The notes below the pieces were generated by a model. It saw nothing but the letters and a program-made list of their open reading frames with translations, made no database searches and was not told the DNA's origin. Source: Armatimonadota bacterium (GTDB lineage Bacteria; Armatimonadota; UBA5829; DTLH01). Taken from it: a stretch of 64,000 nucleotides of DNA. Shown piece by piece: positions 37,496 to 46,174 of the stretch (its first letter is position 1; each line of letters opens with the position of its first letter). Both the position numbers and the translations under genes were made by a program. Location: contig JBDKUN010000065.1 in assembly GCA_039679675.1 (NCBI GenBank), forward strand, positions 40,830-104,829, read 5' to 3'.

Positions 37496-38790
37496 TTCAG
37501 GCGCACATCCGCCGACATTCCGGCGCGAATCTTGAGTTTTGGATTAGGGATTCGGACTTTTACTGCATATACCTGCAGCGAGCGCTCCTCTTTTGTCTGC
37601 ACGTTTCTTGGAGTAAACTCAGCTTCAACAGGAATCTGCTCGACAATGCCGGTTGTTCTGATTCCCGAATCGGTGACAACAGGCAACTTGCTTCCTACCT
37701 GGAGATTCCCAAGCTTCCCGCCGGGAATGTATACCTTAACGTAGATGTCGTGCGGGTCAACGATGGTTGCAACAGTCTGACCTGGCTGAATTATGTCCCC
37801 TGCCTGCACATTGAGGATCTGAATCTGTCCGGCTCTCGGAGCAAATACTGCCCGCTCCCGAACATTGGCCCTAACCTGCTCGACCGTCGCCTGGGCTTGC
37901 CGGAGGGCTGCTCTTGCCTGCGCGATCTGTTCAGGACGCGTCCCCGCCTGAAACTCCTCTAGCGTGGCCTTCGCCTGGGCTACTCCTTCCTCGGCAGACC
38001 TTATATCCTCGGGCCGGGGGCCCTTCCTTACAAGTTGATAATTGGCGCTTGCCTGGTTGTACGCCTGCCTGGCTGCACGTATCTCTTCGGAACGTGTTCC
38101 TGCCAAAAGCTCGTTCAACTGCTCTTGTGCAGAACGCTCCTCTGCCTGTGCCGTTTCCAGCCTTGTGCGCGCTTCATCCAGAGTCTGGGCGGCAATAGCT
38201 CCCTGATCATACAGCTTTTGCGTTCTCTCAAGCGACCGCTCGGCCAATACGCGGGCTGCAACAGCGGCGTTATAATTGGCACGCGCGCGGTTTATCTCCT
38301 GCGGCCTGGGTCCTGCCTGAGCCTCCGCGAGCTTGTCTCTCGCCTGCTCCATAGCAGCTCTCGCTGCCGCGATCTCCTCTGGGCGGCTCCCGCGCTGAAG
38401 TTTTTCAAGTTGGCTCTCTGCCTGTCTTAGCGCGGCTCTCGCACGCTGGATTTCTTCTGGCCGTGGACCTGCCAGAAGGTCATTCAAGTGCGCTGCAGCC
38501 TGCTGACGGGTAGCTGCGGCAGCTTGAAGACTCTTTTCCAACTGTTCTGACTCGAAAGTAACAATCCGGTCGCCTTTACGAACGGTGTCGCCTTCTCTAG
38601 CAAGCGTTTTTGAGACCCTGCCGCCCACTGTGGAGCCGACAAGCGACTCCTCTGCCTCGATTGTGCCGGTGTAAACATCCTCGGACGATTTCTGCTTGTT
38701 GTACTGCCACACGAAAAGGAGGACAATAATCACAAGAACGATTACCGGTATCAAAAACCTCAGTTTGCGTGCAGTAAACTTAGCGCTCAA
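37492..38790 (-). CDS. HlyD-family membrane fusion protein (YbhG-like) with repeated GxRxEEI coiled-coil units
   Basis: N-terminal TM, biotinyl-lipoyl-like halves, AEFTPRNVQT. Confidence 0.9.
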   Translation of the reverse strand: MSAKFTARKLRFLIPVIVLVIIVLLFVWQYNKQKSSEDVYTGTIEAEESLVGSTVGGRVSKTLAREGDTVRKGDRIVTFESEQLEKSLQAAAATRQQAAAHLNDLLAGPRPEEIQRARAALRQAESQLEKLQRGSRPEEIAAARAAMEQARDKLAEAQAGPRPQEINRARANYNAAVAARVLAERSLERTQKLYDQGAIAAQTLDEARTRLETAQAEERSAQEQLNELLAGTRSEEIRAARQAYNQASANYQLVRKGPRPEDIRSAEEGVAQAKATLEEFQAGTRPEQIAQARAALRQAQATVEQVRANVRERAVFAPRAGQIQILNVQAGDIIQPGQTVATIVDPHDIYVKVYIPGGKLGNLQVGSKLPVVTDSGIRTTGIVEQIPVEAEFTPRNVQTKEERSLQVYAVKVRIPNPKLKIRAGMSADVRLK

Positions 38791-38848
38791 TGCTTACTTA
38801 CTTTCCGGCCAGAGTTTTCGCCATATTTAGTAGTATTCAGGTTTAATA

Positions 38849-38877
38849 ATCTTAAGTGTAACAACCTGCCGTGTCAA
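38849..38877 (-). promoter_or_regulatory. Sigma-70 promoter of the efflux operon
   Basis: TTGACA-17-TAAGAT. Confidence 0.6.
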
Positions 38878-38897
38878 TATAAACTCATATTTTGGGC

Positions 38898-38928
38898 TTG
38901 ACATTATTATGAGCATATGCCCATAATA
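38898..38928 (+). promoter_or_regulatory. Promoter with palindromic operator upstream of the DUF134 gene
   Basis: TTGACA-18-CATAAT; near-perfect palindrome TATTATGAGCATATGCCCATAATA. Confidence 0.7.
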
Positions 38929-38946
38929 GCATGGAGGTCGACAGTA

Positions 38947-39666
38947 ATGGCAAGACGAGCAAACTGCAGGCGAGTGTGTTGTATGCCCGGAGCACGCTAC
39001 TTCAAACCGCGCGGGATACCCCTTTCAGAGCTGGAAGAGGTTGTCCTGACAGTGGACGAACTGGAGGCCGTCCGGCTCGCTGATCTCATGCAGCTTTACC
39101 AGTCCCAGGCTGCCGAAAAGATGAATGTATCCAGGCAGACTTTTGGACGGATTATCGAATCGGCGCATCGCAAGATAGCACAGGCGCTAGTAGATGGTAA
39201 AGCGCTGAGGATCGAAGGCGGTGAGTTCGAACTGTCAGACCAACAGATCACCAGGAGGAAACAAATGAAAATCGCAGTAGCATCGATGGATGGCACCACC
39301 ATATCAGGCCATTTCGGACGCAGCTCATGTTTTATAATCTTCGAAACCGATGGCAAGGGAATAACGGGGAAGGAAATCAGGCAAAACACCTTCACTGCCC
39401 ATGCACAAGGTGAATGTACGGGAGAGGAAAGGCACGAACACACCCATGAGCATGCTCATCACAGCCATTCCGCAATAGTAGAAGCACTGCATGATTGTGA
39501 CGCAGTCCTGTGTTACGGCATGGGCTGGCGGGCTGCCCAGGATCTGGCAGCAAACGGCATAAAGGCCTATGTACTCGAATCGGAGAGTACGCCGGATGAA
39601 GCAGTGATGCAGTTCCTATCCGGCAGCTTGAAGGCAGCAGGCAGCTTCTGCAGATGTCATGAGTGA
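38947..39666 (+). CDS. DUF134 HTH regulator fused to a NifB/NifX-family (Fe-Mo cofactor-binding-like) domain
   Basis: [17 protein letters not shown], then [15 protein letters not shown], His-rich loop, GMGWRA. Confidence 0.85.
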   Translation: MARRANCRRVCCMPGARYFKPRGIPLSELEEVVLTVDELEAVRLADLMQLYQSQAAEKMNVSRQTFGRIIESAHRKIAQALVDGKALRIEGGEFELSDQQITRRKQMKIAVASMDGTTISGHFGRSSCFIIFETDGKGITGKEIRQNTFTAHAQGECTGEERHEHTHEHAHHSHSAIVEALHDCDAVLCYGMGWRAAQDLAANGIKAYVLESESTPDEAVMQFLSGSLKAAGSFCRCHE

Positions 39667-40299
39667 CATCCCCGGCAGGAATTAGCAGTCAGCTCCCTTT
39701 TTTACCGGAACACTAACCCGATTATGGCTGAACCGGGTTAGTGAGACATTCGATTATGCCTGGGCTCTTTATGAAAATCATCCATCTCGGAGATCATCTG
39801 CTGGAAATTATCCGTGGTTTTGTCGGACTTTTTGCGTCTCTTTTTGAGTGAGCAAAAATCCTCACATCCGCTGCACCGGCAACTGTTTCCTGTAAGGTCG
39901 CACCACTCGACTGCGCCCGCAGACCACCAATAATCACATTGAGACAACTTGGACTGTCCTCCTAACAAGCTTTCTTGTACGCTATTATCGGCAGGAAAAT
40001 CGCATAGTTGGAGGTAGTAAAAATTCTACGGAACTAATAGAAATAATATGCGTCATAGATACTGATGCCGAGCCGCCGGGTCAGTTATCTGAAGAATGAC
40101 CTTGCCCGTTTCCATCCGATACAGCTTGACCCGGCGGTCCGGCAGAAGCGGAAAACCTCTTCACCCACCCCACCCCATCACCGGGAACTATGTGATGCAC
40201 AATTCGGTCAATTGATGGAAGATGGAAGATGCCATAAATTGACATCATTAGGGTCTCGTATTTATACTTTATGCTATTGATCTCAACCAAAACCGAACA

Positions 40300-40818
40300 A
40301 TGGAGATAGAAATGGCGGAGAACATCACTCTCAAGTTCAGATACACCGAACAAGACTACATTGCAGCCATGCGGCTGTGGTATATTCGCGTTAAAAAGCT
40401 GCGCGTGAAGCTGGACGGCATAATAGCTCTTATTCTTGCAGTTTTTGGTGCAATTGCGTGGCATATGTTCGGGTATTCGATTGAGTTTCTGACGATTATC
40501 ATTGTGGGCTGTGTGTTTCTTCTGTTAATCTTTATGGCAATGGTTGTCATCCCGCGCATAACCTTCCGCAGCCAGCCCAAATTCCGAGACGAATATCAGC
40601 TCAGGTTTACTGAAGACGGCATCGAGTTCAAGACTCAAAGCATAGACTCGAAACTCGAATGGAACCTCTACAATCAACTCGTTGAAGATGACAAGACTTA
40701 TCTCCTGATCTACGGCAAATCAATGTTTTCCGCTATTCCCAAGCGTGTTTTTGCAAATGAAGCTGAGGAAATGAAATTCAAGGAACTTGTTAAGCGTAAA
40801 ATAGCAACCTGTTGCTGA
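40300..40818 (+). CDS. YcxB-family membrane protein
   Basis: Two TM helices plus C-terminal W..Y....IPKRVF; upstream TTGACA-18-TATACT. Confidence 0.75.
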   Translation: MEIEMAENITLKFRYTEQDYIAAMRLWYIRVKKLRVKLDGIIALILAVFGAIAWHMFGYSIEFLTIIIVGCVFLLLIFMAMVVIPRITFRSQPKFRDEYQLRFTEDGIEFKTQSIDSKLEWNLYNQLVEDDKTYLLIYGKSMFSAIPKRVFANEAEEMKFKELVKRKIATCC

Positions 40819-40892
40819 TAGTTTCTTCTATTCCCTGTTCCCTAGTTTGCGTGCAATCGTCCCACTGTCGTATAATTAGCGGGAGGAAAAAC

Positions 40893-41918
40893 ATGAGAGT
40901 TCTCAGACTGCACGCGCCGCTTGATATGAGGATGCACGACGAACCTGTTCCTGTACCAGGACCGGGTGAAGCACTGGTCCATGTCGGATCGGTGGGCGTC
41001 TGCGCGTCCGATGTCCATTGGTGGCGGCACGGCAGGATCGGCGGAAACGTGCTTACAGACCCGCTGGTTTTGGGACATGAGGCCGCCGGTACTGTTGAAT
41101 CTGTCGGAGAAGGGGTTCCATACCTGAAACCGGGGCAGCGGGTCGCAATCGAACCCGCCAAACCCTGCGGCAGGTGTGAGTTCTGCATGTCGGGCAACTA
41201 TAATGTCTGTCCATCCGTAAAATTCTTCGGCACGCCACCGACTGACGGTTGTTTTAGAGATTACGTCGTCTGGCCAGCGTCGCTGATGCTTCCCATCCCC
41301 GATTCCATCTCGCTGGATGAAGCCGCTATGCTCGAACCGCTTGCAGTCGGGATTTACGCAGCGGACCTCGCAATGATCCGCGCAGAAGAGAAGGTAGCAG
41401 TCCTCGGAGCGGGGGCAATCGGGCTTTCAGTGATGCAGTCGCTCAAAGTCTGCGGCGCGGGAGATGTATTGGTGTGCGATCCTATCTCCGCCCGGCGCGA
41501 AACGGCGCTGAAACTTGGAGCGGACGAAGTTTGTGACCCATCCGAGGTGCATGAAGCCGCAAAAGCTATGACTTCGGGACGAGGTTTCGATCTGGTCTTC
41601 GAATGCGCGGGAGATATTAACGCAGTGAGGGAGACAGCAAGGCTCGCGCGGGTGCTTGGGCGGGTTGTGATCGTCGGTATTCCAAAGGAAGATGAGTATC
41701 CTTTCGATGCCGGATCAGCCAGAAGAAAGCAGCTCAAAGCCACATTCGTCCGCAGAAGCAATCTGACGGGAGAACGAGCTGTGGAGCTTGTGCATCGAGG
41801 CAAAATCAATGCGGCAAGCCTTGCAACCCATACGTTCCCGCTTGAAGACACCGATAAAGCAATGAAACTTGCCGAATCGAAGACGGACGGCGTTATCCGT
41901 GCCGTCATTCGGCTATAA
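40893..41918 (+). CDS. Zn-dependent alcohol/polyol dehydrogenase (sorbitol dehydrogenase-like)
   Basis: GVCASD, GHE, CGRCEFC..C, GAGAIG; GGAGG RBS. Confidence 0.92.
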   Translation: MRVLRLHAPLDMRMHDEPVPVPGPGEALVHVGSVGVCASDVHWWRHGRIGGNVLTDPLVLGHEAAGTVESVGEGVPYLKPGQRVAIEPAKPCGRCEFCMSGNYNVCPSVKFFGTPPTDGCFRDYVVWPASLMLPIPDSISLDEAAMLEPLAVGIYAADLAMIRAEEKVAVLGAGAIGLSVMQSLKVCGAGDVLVCDPISARRETALKLGADEVCDPSEVHEAAKAMTSGRGFDLVFECAGDINAVRETARLARVLGRVVIVGIPKEDEYPFDAGSARRKQLKATFVRRSNLTGERAVELVHRGKINAASLATHTFPLEDTDKAMKLAESKTDGVIRAVIRL

Positions 41919-41945
41919 ATAATCTTGATACTGTAACTGGAGGCT

Positions 41946-42359
41946 ATGTTGGCTCATAATACTGACAAAAACTGCTGTGCGGCCTGTGCTGAAAATGAAG
42001 CGCCCCTTAGGATATGGTGGGTGATCCCCGGTATTATCGGTGGAGTTGCTGCGGCAGCCATCTTCGCATACCTGCATGTCCGCTTCGGAGGAATGGCTCC
42101 GATCCAGGCGGGAAGCACTGCAGCGACAAGCACTGGAATCTTCGTGATATCGTATCTGCTGCTCAGGCGTATTCGCCCGCAGGAGAACCCCAGTTCCATA
42201 AAGGGACTGCTGCAGAGCACAGCCGTCGCACTCCCTGTCTTCGTGATGGCGTTCATAGGGCTTGCATACGAGATCGGCGTACTGGCGGATTTCACTGCGA
42301 TGTACATCCTCGGAAGCTGGCTCGGAACTTCCGAAGCTGCAGAAAAAGCGGAGTGTTGA
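41946..42359 (+). CDS. 4-TM membrane protein (137 aa); its 3' end is duplicated downstream
   Basis: GGAGG RBS; hydrophobic helices. Confidence 0.7.
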   Translation: MLAHNTDKNCCAACAENEAPLRIWWVIPGIIGGVAAAAIFAYLHVRFGGMAPIQAGSTAATSTGIFVISYLLLRRIRPQENPSSIKGLLQSTAVALPVFVMAFIGLAYEIGVLADFTAMYILGSWLGTSEAAEKAEC

Positions 42360-42361
42360 GG
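42220..42361 (+). repeat. Left 142-bp direct repeat (3' end of the 137-aa gene)
   Basis: Matches 46003-46144; last 122 bp identical. Confidence 0.95.
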
Positions 42362-42391
42362 TAAGCTATAGGATTCAGAATTCAGGATTTC

Positions 42392-42436
42392 TGCTTCGGG
42401 ACCACAGTTCGTCCCGAAGCACGATTCTCCACCAAT
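42392..42436 (+). repeat. REP-like palindrome family A, copy 3
   Basis: TGCTTCGGGACcacagttcGTCCCGAAGCAcgattctccaccaat. Confidence 0.9.
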
Positions 42437-42452
42437 CCCTACATCTACACAT

Positions 42453-43508
42453 CTAAAACCACAACAAGCGCCTGAATCCGTGCAGCAGGACTATTACCAG
42501 GAAAAAGACATTTCGAGCAAGGAGTCCCAAAGCCGACAACTTAGGTGCGGACTGCTTCTCATTATTCGATAATGCCTTTACAAGCCTTGTGCCGAGGTTT
42601 TCCATCCACAATACGCTTCTCGGCCACTCCACAATCCCGCTGAGCCAGTCCACAGGGATTCCATCCTTGCCTACACCAGCTCCTATAATCCCGCCGACTA
42701 TCGCTGCAGTTGTATCCGTATCCCCGCCGCAGTGTATTACATCCAACACTGCAGCTCGGTAATCGTTCAAATTTCTAAACCAGGCATAAAGAGCTACCGG
42801 AACTGTAGAATAGACATAACCGCTTACGCCTCTTTCCAATCCCATTCCGGTAGCGAATTCCTCAGTGGTAGCCCCCAACTCCGAACTCTCGACAGCCGCC
42901 GTGACAAGATTTATGAACTCTTCCGATTCGTCTCCGAGAAGACCAACTAACATATGCAGATAGTCCCTCGGATTGGCTTCACCCTGCGCGGATAAATATG
43001 CTGCCAATGCAACGGCAAATGCGCCGTATTCGGCTTTGGGATCAGTGTGAGTAATCCGTGTCGATGCACGAACCAGGTCACGCATCTTCTTCAGGTCGTC
43101 TCCGTAGCAAACGCCGATGATTGCACTCCTCATCGCCGGGCCGTTTCCAGCAGAAAAGACTCCGCTCCGGCTTGGTGAAGTGCCAATCAGCAACCTAAGT
43201 GCGGACTTCACCGTAGCCATCCCAGCACCGGCAGGAAGCATAATGAGCCAACGCTTCAACCTACTGGCAAAGCATTTGGTAAAGGCATCACAGTCTCCAA
43301 CAGATTCGATTATAGACTGGGCAACCATACAGGTGTGCTCTGTATCATCGGATATCATCCCACGACCGAAGAAAAACCTGTACCCGTCGAGTTTCGGAAA
43401 CACCCGTTTCTGCCGCTTTCTGGAAAGTCCCTCCACCGGCAGTCCAATTGCATCTCCCACCGCCGTGCCGAGAATGCAGCCTATTACTGAACGCTCCATG
43501 AAAGCCAC
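42453..43508 (-). CDS. ADP-ribosylglycohydrolase (DraG/ARH family) with hydrophobic C-terminal helix
   Basis: GTAVGDAIG, SDDTE, AGNGPAMR, THTD, GGDTDTTAAI. Confidence 0.93.
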   Translation of the reverse strand: MAFMERSVIGCILGTAVGDAIGLPVEGLSRKRQKRVFPKLDGYRFFFGRGMISDDTEHTCMVAQSIIESVGDCDAFTKCFASRLKRWLIMLPAGAGMATVKSALRLLIGTSPSRSGVFSAGNGPAMRSAIIGVCYGDDLKKMRDLVRASTRITHTDPKAEYGAFAVALAAYLSAQGEANPRDYLHMLVGLLGDESEEFINLVTAAVESSELGATTEEFATGMGLERGVSGYVYSTVPVALYAWFRNLNDYRAAVLDVIHCGGDTDTTAAIVGGIIGAGVGKDGIPVDWLSGIVEWPRSVLWMENLGTRLVKALSNNEKQSAPKLSALGLLARNVFFLVIVLLHGFRRLLWF

Positions 43509-43509
43509 C

Positions 43510-43977
43510 TTACCCCCTCCTGAACCTCACCAGTATCACTTTCTGAGGACTTTCTATCTCCTTAAAAGCATCGAGCATGACTTTTTCAGCTCTAGATGCG
43601 CTGAACCCTCCCGACCCGGCTCCGATGATAGGAAATGCCAGTGATTTAATGCCGAGTTCCTCGACAATCTTCATAGCGTTTACCACAGAACCTCGAATCG
43701 ACCCTTCAGATGCTCTCCAAAGCATGTTGATCCCGGCTACATGGATGATTGCCTTGTAAGGAAGCCTCCCGGCAGAGGTGGCAACCGCTCCGCCGAGTGG
43801 AATCGGCCCAACTTTGGCAAGTTCCTTGAACGGCTGGTAACCAGCACGCTTCTTTATTGCCCCTGATACCCCTTGAGGGAGCAGAAGCCACCAGGGAATG
43901 ATGTTTCTGTTCCAGGCATTTACGATGGCTTCCACAGGCTGATCGAGCAGATCGCCTTCGACTATCTTTACATCCAT
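43510..43977 (-). CDS. Macro domain protein (ADP-ribose binding/hydrolase)
   Basis: GDLL...AIVNAWN, GVSGAI, IIHVAG, AFPIIGAGSGG. Confidence 0.92.
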   Translation of the reverse strand: MDVKIVEGDLLDQPVEAIVNAWNRNIIPWWLLLPQGVSGAIKKRAGYQPFKELAKVGPIPLGGAVATSAGRLPYKAIIHVAGINMLWRASEGSIRGSVVNAMKIVEELGIKSLAFPIIGAGSGGFSASRAEKVMLDAFKEIESPQKVILVRFRRG

Positions 43978-43997
43978 TTTTCCAAATTCCTTGCTTC

Positions 43998-45194
43998 CTA
44001 CTCATGCAGATGAAGCTGTGCCGACTTCTGACCGTCCTCTATTCTGATCAGCCGGTCCGGGTTTTGATACTGGGCAACCAGGTAGCGGGTCAGATCGATG
44101 TTCATCCCTTTCATCGATTGCAGAAACTCTATCTGCTCCCTGTCCATCGCTTTCTGGTGCTCTTCCTCTATCTCGTTCACCATCCGTTTGGCAGAAGCAT
44201 CCCTTTCCTGCTCGGCTTCAAGCTGACGCAGGGTCTCTTCGTAAGAAATTGACTGAAGTTGTATCTTATGCCGCTCTTCGGACTCCTCCATCTCCCGGCG
44301 CTGTTTTGCGCGCTCGGCTTCGCGTTCCAGCCGCAAGTCCGCAAGCTCCTGCGCCTGGTTTTCAGTCTCGGATTCCAGTTTGAGCTTGGTCCTTGCCTCA
44401 ATAGCCTGGTCGTGCATATTCTGAAGCGTCGCGCTCGCATGGTAGCCCCTGTACACGACCTTGTTGATCTTGTAGCCTATCCGCTCGCCCCGCTGGATTA
44501 ACTGAGGATACGTTTCCAGGTCATTCAGCTTATTGGTCTGCTCTTTGAACCGCTCGAATGGGAGCGCTACAACAAAGTCTATCACATCCGCAGTCACCGC
44601 ATTGATGAAATCCGCGACTGGGTCGTGTGTCTGGTCCAGCATTTTTTCGATGTCTGTAAGCTCGAAGAAGATCATCAGCTTGATGACCAGAAGCGCGTCA
44701 TCAGCAGTCCGAACATCGCACACGTCAAAATACATCTGGTCGGGAATAATTCTGAGCTTGGCAAATCTGAGCGCACCGTAAACCTTCTTATTTGGGTCCT
44801 TCGGGTCTGACCCATGCCAGCAAAAATTGTGCAGCCACTCATTTGCCGCCGGAACATACATATCCGGCCCACGGACAACCCGCCGGTCGACATGATCATC
44901 ATCCTGCCGGTAGACGACGACGGCCTCGTTCGCATCTATGGCAAACGCCTTCTGCACAGAAATACTCTCATGCAGAACAGGATTAAACCAGACCGACACC
45001 GGGCCGCGCAGATGCTCGCTTCGCCCGTTCTTATACACCACAGCCAAATATTCATCAGTCCCGGCAGCATAAAGCATCATTTTTTCGAGCTTGCGGCCGA
45101 TAGTATAAACTCTTCTGGGACCGTCGATCATCTCGACTCTGCCCCGTTTGTCCCACACTGCTACACGTTCACCCTGCCGAATTGTTGCGAACAC
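43998..45194 (-). CDS. Major vault protein (MVP)-like protein: about 3 beta-repeats, SPFH shoulder domain and coiled-coil cap helix (398 aa)
   Basis: AAGGAGG RBS plus GTG; three ..GP.. repeats, [20 protein letters not shown], LQ....AIE..T...RLERE. Confidence 0.75.
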   Translation of the reverse strand: [398 protein letters not shown]

Positions 45195-45207
45195 TTTAAA
45201 CCTCCTT

Positions 45208-45897
45208 TTATATCTCGAAATTGAATCCCTGCTCTGCAAGCTTCCGATATTTCTCCTCATCGAAGCTGTAGAGCCGTGCTGCTCGGTGCGCCACATCCTG
45301 CTGGACCTCGTCAAGCTCTACCAAAAGGTCCATGCCGAGTATCTTCTTTCGGAAATTCCGCTTGTCGAGCGTTGTTTCGAGGATAATTTCATACAGATGC
45401 TGAAGCTGAGAAAGAGTAAACCTCTCAGGAAGCAACTCGAAACCAATTGGCTGATACCTGACCTTTCCTTTCAGCCGTTCATGTGCCGTTTCGATTATCA
45501 GATTGTGGTCGAATACAAGCTGAGGCAGATCATCAACCGGAAACCAGAGCGCATTTCTGGCATCCGTCGCCGCTTGGATGTGGTGGTCATAGAGATTCAC
45601 AAGCGCGTAGTAAGCAACACTCACTACCCTCTCCCTGGGGTCGCGGTCGACAGCGCCGAATGTATACAACTGCTCAAGATACACATCACCCACGCCGGTT
45701 TCTTCATGAAGTTCGCGGAGCGCTGCATCTTCGAGAGTTTCGTCGATATGAACAAACCCTCCCGGTAGCGCCCATTTTCCTGCAAACGGTTCCAGGTCCC
45801 TCTCGATAAGGAGGATTTTCAAATTCTCCTCATCAACCCCGAATACGACACAATCTACCGTCAGTGCCGGTCTCGGATACTCGTATGTATACGCCAT
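45208..45897 (-). CDS. nrtR: NrtR-type Nudix-wHTH ADP-ribose-responsive repressor
   Basis: [25 protein letters not shown]udix box; [27 protein letters not shown]. Confidence 0.92.
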   Translation of the reverse strand: MAYTYEYPRPALTVDCVVFGVDEENLKILLIERDLEPFAGKWALPGGFVHIDETLEDAALRELHEETGVGDVYLEQLYTFGAVDRDPRERVVSVAYYALVNLYDHHIQAATDARNALWFPVDDLPQLVFDHNLIIETAHERLKGKVRYQPIGFELLPERFTLSQLQHLYEIILETTLDKRNFRKKILGMDLLVELDEVQQDVAHRAARLYSFDEEKYRKLAEQGFNFEI

Positions 45898-45915
45898 TGT
45901 GCATTCACCCCCTAC

Positions 45916-45964
45916 TTAGTGTATTCCCTACACTTATAATAGTGTAACATTCACACTATGTCAA
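45916..45964 (-). promoter_or_regulatory. Two tandem NrtR-type operators overlapping a sigma-70 promoter
   Basis: TAGTGT-N7-ACACT(T/A) palindromes at 45916-45936 and 45939-45959; minus strand TTGACA-17-TATTAT. Confidence 0.85.
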
Positions 45965-46002
45965 GGAATATTTTGATTTAATTGAAATAAATATTCAAGG
46001 TG

Positions 46003-46144
46003 CAGCCGTCGCTCTACCCGTTTTCGTGATGGCGTTCATAGGGCTTGCATACGAGATCGGCGTACTGGCGGATTTCACTGCGATGTACATCCTCGGAAGC
46101 TGGCTCGGAACTTCCGAAGCTGCAGAAAAAGCGGAGTGTTGAGG
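46003..46144 (+). repeat. Right 142-bp direct repeat (orphan 3' fragment of the 137-aa gene)
   Basis: Matches 42220-42361 with 4 substitutions, all at third codon positions. Confidence 0.95.
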
Positions 46145-46174
46145 ATTTCAAATGTAAAAATCTATAAGCATGAT

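Larger units (their letters stand above)
42220..46144. mobile_element. Direct-repeat-bounded islet carrying the NrtR/MVP-like/macro/ARH operon (no integrase)
   Basis: 142-bp direct repeats bracket one complete operon with its promoter. Confidence 0.6.

Noticed and set aside
37492..38790. Repeated GxRxEEI units in the membrane fusion protein as a novel repeat protein
   Set aside because: Known feature of YbhG-like long-hairpin adaptors.
39700..40280. Short ORFs and two inverted repeats (CACTAACCCG/CGGGTTAGTG; CCGCCGGGTCA/TGACCCGGCGG)
   Set aside because: No RBS-supported ORF or recognisable RNA family; probably decayed gene remnants, and I cannot support a call.
42362..42452. Vault-RNA or Y-RNA-like ncRNA attached to the MVP-like operon
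   Set aside because: The only structured sequence is a family A repeat found elsewhere; no promoter and no TROVE gene in the window.
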